Below the pieces are notes generated by a model. The model did no database searches and had not been told where the DNA came from. It was given only the letters and a program-made list of their open reading frames with translations. From assembly GCA_965219535.1 (NCBI GenBank), contig CBDCNV010000001.1, positions 1,920,001-1,952,000 of the forward strand: DNA of 32,000 nt. Reading direction: 5' to 3'. Origin of the DNA: Opitutales bacterium. GTDB taxonomy: Bacteria; Verrucomicrobiota; Verrucomicrobiia; Opitutales; PNEW01. This document shows, one piece after another, positions 28,423 through 32,000 of the stretch. Position numbers and translations under genes: made by a program. Every line of letters begins with the position of its first letter. Position 1 is the stretch's first letter.

Positions 28423-29496
28423 TCAAGATTTCTTAGAGTTCGGATAGCTTCCCAACCATTTCACCATCGGACAAGTGTTGTTTAATTCCTCCAGAGCTTC
28501 TTGGACTTCAGGATCTTCATAATGTCCGATGATATCGACAAAAAAGTAGTAGTCCCATAATTTGCGCTTACTGGGACGCGATTCTATTTTACTCATATTG
28601 ATGCCCCGTTTACAGAATGGATCTAGAGCTCCTTGTAAAGCGCCAGGTTTATCCTGCAAGGTAAAGACAAAGCTGGATTTATCACGCCCCTTTCCTAATC
28701 TTCCTGAAGGGGAACTGCCGATAATTAAAAACCGAGTTACATTATCCGTTTTATCCTGAATGTTCTCCTCGATTATTGAAACTTTATAGATTGTCGCAGC
28801 CGCAGCTGCAGCGATTGCAGCTGTCCCGGGATGGTCTTTAACATAGCGAACGGCTTCCGCAGTACTCGGGGCATAAACTTCCTCTACTCCTGGCAGTTTA
28901 CGCGATAGCCATTGCCGGCACTGACCGATTGCAATATCTTTAGAGTGAATCACCTTTATTTCCGCCAGAGGTGACTGGGAGATAAGGCACAATGAAACAT
29001 CCAGGTATAATTCGGAAATAATTTTCAGGTCTGTCTCAACGAGCAGATCAAGGGAATGAGTGACAGCTCCCTCAGTTGAATTTTCCACTGCAATCACTCC
29101 ATATTGAGCTTCACCTTTTTCGACCGAAGAAAATACATCGGAAAAACTGTTTAAAGGAGTATAGTTCAAGCTAGTACCAAAATTTTTAATCGCCGCTTGA
29201 TGAGTGAAAGTCGCTTCCGGACCCAGATAAGCGACGGTTATTGGTTTTTCGAGCGCCAGGGCGGCAGATATAACTTCTCTATAGATTGACCGGATAGCAT
29301 CATTACCGAGTGGACCTTTGTTCTTAGAATCCATTTTGCTCAATATCTCTGCCTCCCGACTGGGATCATAGACATCTTTTCCCGCTTTCTCTTTAACGCG
29401 TCCTATTTCAATTGCTAATTTAACTCGCTCATTGAGAAGATCGACAATTTTGCTGTCGAGAGAATCTATTTTACTTCGTAATTTCTCTAAGTCCAT
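28423..29496 (-). CDS. pheA: Bifunctional chorismate mutase / prephenate dehydratase (P-protein)
   Basis: 357 aa. It has an N-terminal CM domain (LRSKIDSLDSKIVDLLNERVKLAIEIGRVK), a PDT domain (VAYLGPEATFTHQAA) and a C-terminal ACT domain (KPGALQGALDPF...ESRP). Confidence 0.9.
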   Translation of the reverse strand: MDLEKLRSKIDSLDSKIVDLLNERVKLAIEIGRVKEKAGKDVYDPSREAEILSKMDSKNKGPLGNDAIRSIYREVISAALALEKPITVAYLGPEATFTHQAAIKNFGTSLNYTPLNSFSDVFSSVEKGEAQYGVIAVENSTEGAVTHSLDLLVETDLKIISELYLDVSLCLISQSPLAEIKVIHSKDIAIGQCRQWLSRKLPGVEEVYAPSTAEAVRYVKDHPGTAAIAAAAAATIYKVSIIEENIQDKTDNVTRFLIIGSSPSGRLGKGRDKSSFVFTLQDKPGALQGALDPFCKRGINMSKIESRPSKRKLWDYYFFVDIIGHYEDPEVQEALEELNNTCPMVKWLGSYPNSKKS

Positions 29497-29503
29497 TTAG
29501 CGA

Positions 29504-30214
29504 TTAAACTTTGTCTGATTCAGGAAGCCCCACGTCGGCGTCACTCAGAGCTTCTGCCTCACGGTTGGATGCCTCGCGAATCCACTCATTAATTTGTTGC
29601 GGTGATAGGACATCTGATGCTGGTAATTCTTCAATAGAGCTCAACCCGCAATATTCAAGAAATTTATCACAAGTTTCGTATTGAAGAGGGCGTCCTGGCA
29701 AATCCGCCCTACCCGTCACCAAAACAAGTTCATGCTCAAGCAGAGTATTTATAGAACTGTCTGACGACACCCCCCGAATTGACTCAATTTCCGATCGGGT
29801 TACAGGTTGACGGTAAGCGACGATGGCCAAAGTTTCCATCGCTGCCTGGCTGAGCTTTTGAGGTTTGGGGTCGTCGCGAAGCAGGCGAACCCAATCTGCA
29901 AAATCCGGGCTTATTGATAGTCGGTAGCCGGTCGGACCTTCAACTAAACGATAGACTTCCTTTTTTTCAATCATGTCCTCTGCCATAGCATCCATGGCAT
30001 CGCGTATTTGAGTGGCCGTAACGAGTGCAGGGACTTGCTTGACAATATCCTCCATGATGTCCTGTTCCTCGATTTCATCGAGTAGCATTTCCTCTCTCGA
30101 GGATGCCGGCAATTTATGATAACGTGTTATAACAGCTTGAATGTCCTTAACCGTTAATGGTGTTGATGAGGAAAAGAGAAGCGCTTTAAGTATTCTTTGA
30201 AGATTAAACTCCAT
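29504..30214 (-). CDS. scpB: Segregation and condensation protein B
   Basis: 236 aa. Motifs include LKALLFSSSTPLTVKDI, AAMETLAIVAYRQPVTRSEIESIRGV, and GRADLPGRPLQYETCDKFLEYCGL. Confidence 0.88.
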   Translation of the reverse strand: MEFNLQRILKALLFSSSTPLTVKDIQAVITRYHKLPASSREEMLLDEIEEQDIMEDIVKQVPALVTATQIRDAMDAMAEDMIEKKEVYRLVEGPTGYRLSISPDFADWVRLLRDDPKPQKLSQAAMETLAIVAYRQPVTRSEIESIRGVSSDSSINTLLEHELVLVTGRADLPGRPLQYETCDKFLEYCGLSSIEELPASDVLSPQQINEWIREASNREAEALSDADVGLPESDKV

Positions 30215-30374
30215 ATTATAATCTAATACCGTTAGTAAAGGGATGGGTTATTTTTGGATGTATGACGATAAAATGTGATTGTAGTTTAATCTGCAATCTC
30301 TTGATATGTAAAACCCAATTCTTTTGCTAATATTCTGGTAACAGACTGCAAGAGTAACCTTACAATAAAAATTG

Positions 30375-32000
30375 ATGATGTCTAAAGAAAAAATAAAAAG
30401 ACCCTATTCTTCTATTCTCGTAGATGGATCCACTCGAGCTGGAGCTCGTTCCATGTTGCGGGCAGTTGGTTTTAAAGAGGAAGATTTTAAAAAGCCTATC
30501 GTGGGCGTGGCCTCTACCTGGAGCATGGTTACTCCGTGTAATATGCATATCGATGAATTGGCGAAAGAAGCCGGAAGAGGGATTGATGAAATTAATGGTA
30601 AATCAGTCATTTTTGGGACGATAACCGTTTCCGATGGTATCCCCATGGGTACCGTAGGGATGAGATATTCACTTGTCTCACGCGAAGTTATAGCCGACTC
30701 AATTGAAACAGTTGCCGGGGCTGAAGGCTTCGATGGGCTTGTTGCGATTGGGGGATGCGATAAAAACATGCCGGGTTGTCTGATGGCGTTAGCTCGACTA
30801 AATCGCCCGGCAGTTTTTGTCTATGGGGGTTCTATTCTACCAGGAATACACAAGGAGAAGGAAGTAGACATTGTTTCTGTCTACGAAGCTATCGGATTAG
30901 AATCGAACAATAAAATAGATGAACAAGAGCTTGGTGAAATTGAAACGTGTGCTATTCCCGGGCCAGGCTCATGCAGCGGCATGTATACCGCTAATACCAT
31001 GGCATCAGCGATTGAAGCTTTGGGGATGAGCCTTCCTAATAGCTCAGCGCAGCTAGCAGTGTCCAAAGATAAACTACTCGATGCATTCAAGGCCGGCAAT
31101 ACGGTCATTGAGCTGGTTAATAATGATATCAAGCCAAGAGATATTATGACGTTGGAAGCTTTCGAAAACGCAATCACGACCGTGATAGCGTTGGGTGGTT
31201 CGACCAATGCCGTACTTCATCTTCTGGCTATAGCTCATTCTGCTGAGGTGCCCCTTTCGATTGATGATTTTTCTCGTCTTGGTAAAAACGTTCCCGTGCT
31301 ATGTGACCTCAGGCCCAGTGGAAGGTATAGCATGGCTCAATTGATACGTATTGGTGGTCTCCAACCATTGATGAAAACATTGTTAGACCATGGATTGTTG
31401 CATGGTGATTGCCTGACGGTTACTGGAAAAACACTGCGTGAAAATCTCGAAGCTGTTACCCCTTACCCTAATGACCAGGATATTGTAAGACCATTCGATG
31501 ATCCGATAAAGCCGGATAGTCATTTATGCATTCTCTATGGTAATATTGCACCTGAGGGTGCTGTTGCGAAAATCACGGGCAAAGAAGGGCTCAGTTTCAG
31601 TGGTAATGCCATCACATATAATTCTGAAGAAGACGCCCTCAAGGGAATTCTCGACGGGACAGTAAAGCCTGGGCAGGTTGTCGTCATACGCTATGAGGGA
31701 CCAAAAGGAGCTCCAGGAATGCGTGAAATGCTTGCTCCCACTTCCGCGATTATGGGACGTGGACTGGGAAAGGAAGTTGCCCTTATTACCGATGGACGAT
31801 TCTCCGGAGGAAGCCATGGGTTTGTCGTCGGCCATGTAACACCAGAAGCCGAAATCGGTGGACCGATCTCAGTGATTGAAAACGGCGACAGGATAATGAT
31901 TGATGCATCATGCAATGAATTGAATATTGAGATATCAGAAGAAGAATTAAAGGAACGGCTTGATGCTTGGAAAAAACCGAAAGCGAAGGTTAAGCGTGGA
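30375..32000 (+). CDS. ilvD: Dihydroxy-acid dehydratase, C-terminus truncated by the window edge
   Basis: Manual translation from the ATG at 30375 gives [33 protein letters not shown]...GGCDKNMPG...[15 protein letters not shown]...[22 protein letters not shown]... The frame is open to position 32000. The gene is absent from the ORF track, and the minus-strand ORFs listed there are antisense shadows. Confidence 0.93.
   Translation, partial: MMSKEKIKRPYSSILVDGSTRAGARSMLRAVGFKEEDFKKPIVGVASTWSMVTPCNMHIDELAKEAGRGIDEINGKSVIFGTITVSDGIPMGTVGMRYSLVSREVIADSIETVAGAEGFDGLVAIGGCDKNMPGCLMALARLNRPAVFVYGGSILPGIHKEKEVDIVSVYEAIGLESNNKIDEQELGEIETCAIPGPGSCSGMYTANTMASAIEALGMSLPNSSAQLAVSKDKLLDAFKAGNTVIELVNNDIKPRDIMTLEAFENAITTVIALGGSTNAVLHLLAIAHSAEVPLSIDDFSRLGKNVPVLCDLRPSGRYSMAQLIRIGGLQPLMKTLLDHGLLHGDCLTVTGKTLRENLEAVTPYPNDQDIVRPFDDPIKPDSHLCILYGNIAPEGAVAKITGKEGLSFSGNAITYNSEEDALKGILDGTVKPGQVVVIRYEGPKGAPGMREMLAPTSAIMGRGLGKEVALITDGRFSGGSHGFVVGHVTPEAEIGGPISVIENGDRIMIDASCNELNIEISEEELKERLDAWKKPKAKVKRG

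Noticed and set aside
30404-31915. Four minus-strand ORFs of 62-121 aa in the track.
   Set aside because: They are antisense to a continuous, strongly conserved ilvD reading frame on the plus strand and have no recognisable motifs.

Overview
The window is mostly a housekeeping chromosomal segment of roughly 40-45% G+C by eye. Gene content (GTP-type PEPCK, short EF-Ts, weak Shine-Dalgarno signals) loosely suggests a PVC-type or similar Gram-negative lineage, but I cannot assign a taxon from sequence alone. The supplied ORF track omits two large genes cut by the window edges: metK (1..991, minus) and ilvD (30375..32000, plus).

Core genes, in order:
- metK, pckG, a YbgC-type thioesterase, aroK, an M20 peptidase, an M48 lipoprotein peptidase and purH.
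- A tightly packed thiG-thiH-thiS-apaG-beta-CASP hydrolase run.
- An IMPase-family protein, an FmdB-like protein, a coiled-coil membrane protein and a SAM methyltransferase.
- rplU-rpmA, a Gfo/Idh/MocA oxidoreductase, an EntD-type PPTase and an SDR epimerase.
- An initiator-like tRNA-Met(CAT), then rpsB-tsf.
- Two tandem DHDPS/NAL-family paralogs plus an HpcH/HpaI aldolase.
- DUF167, pheA, scpB and ilvD.

The only clearly accessory DNA is 20362..22946. It holds two IS3-family elements in a nested arrangement. An apparently intact 1245-bp copy (20408..21652, with a 5-bp GGTGT target duplication) sits inside the right end of an older copy. That older copy also carries in-frame TGA stops in both orfA and orfB, each within an extra segment whose length is a multiple of three.

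I did not find a convincing novel multi-gene system such as a defence island, CRISPR array, retron or toxin-antitoxin pair. The most unusual items are:
- the nested and decayed IS pair;
- the three-aldolase cluster with divergent active-site motifs;
- an IMPase-like protein with Asn at two metal-binding Asp positions;
- a zinc-ribbon-family protein that has lost most of its cysteines.

All motif comparisons were done by eye and from memory of the families. No database search was run.
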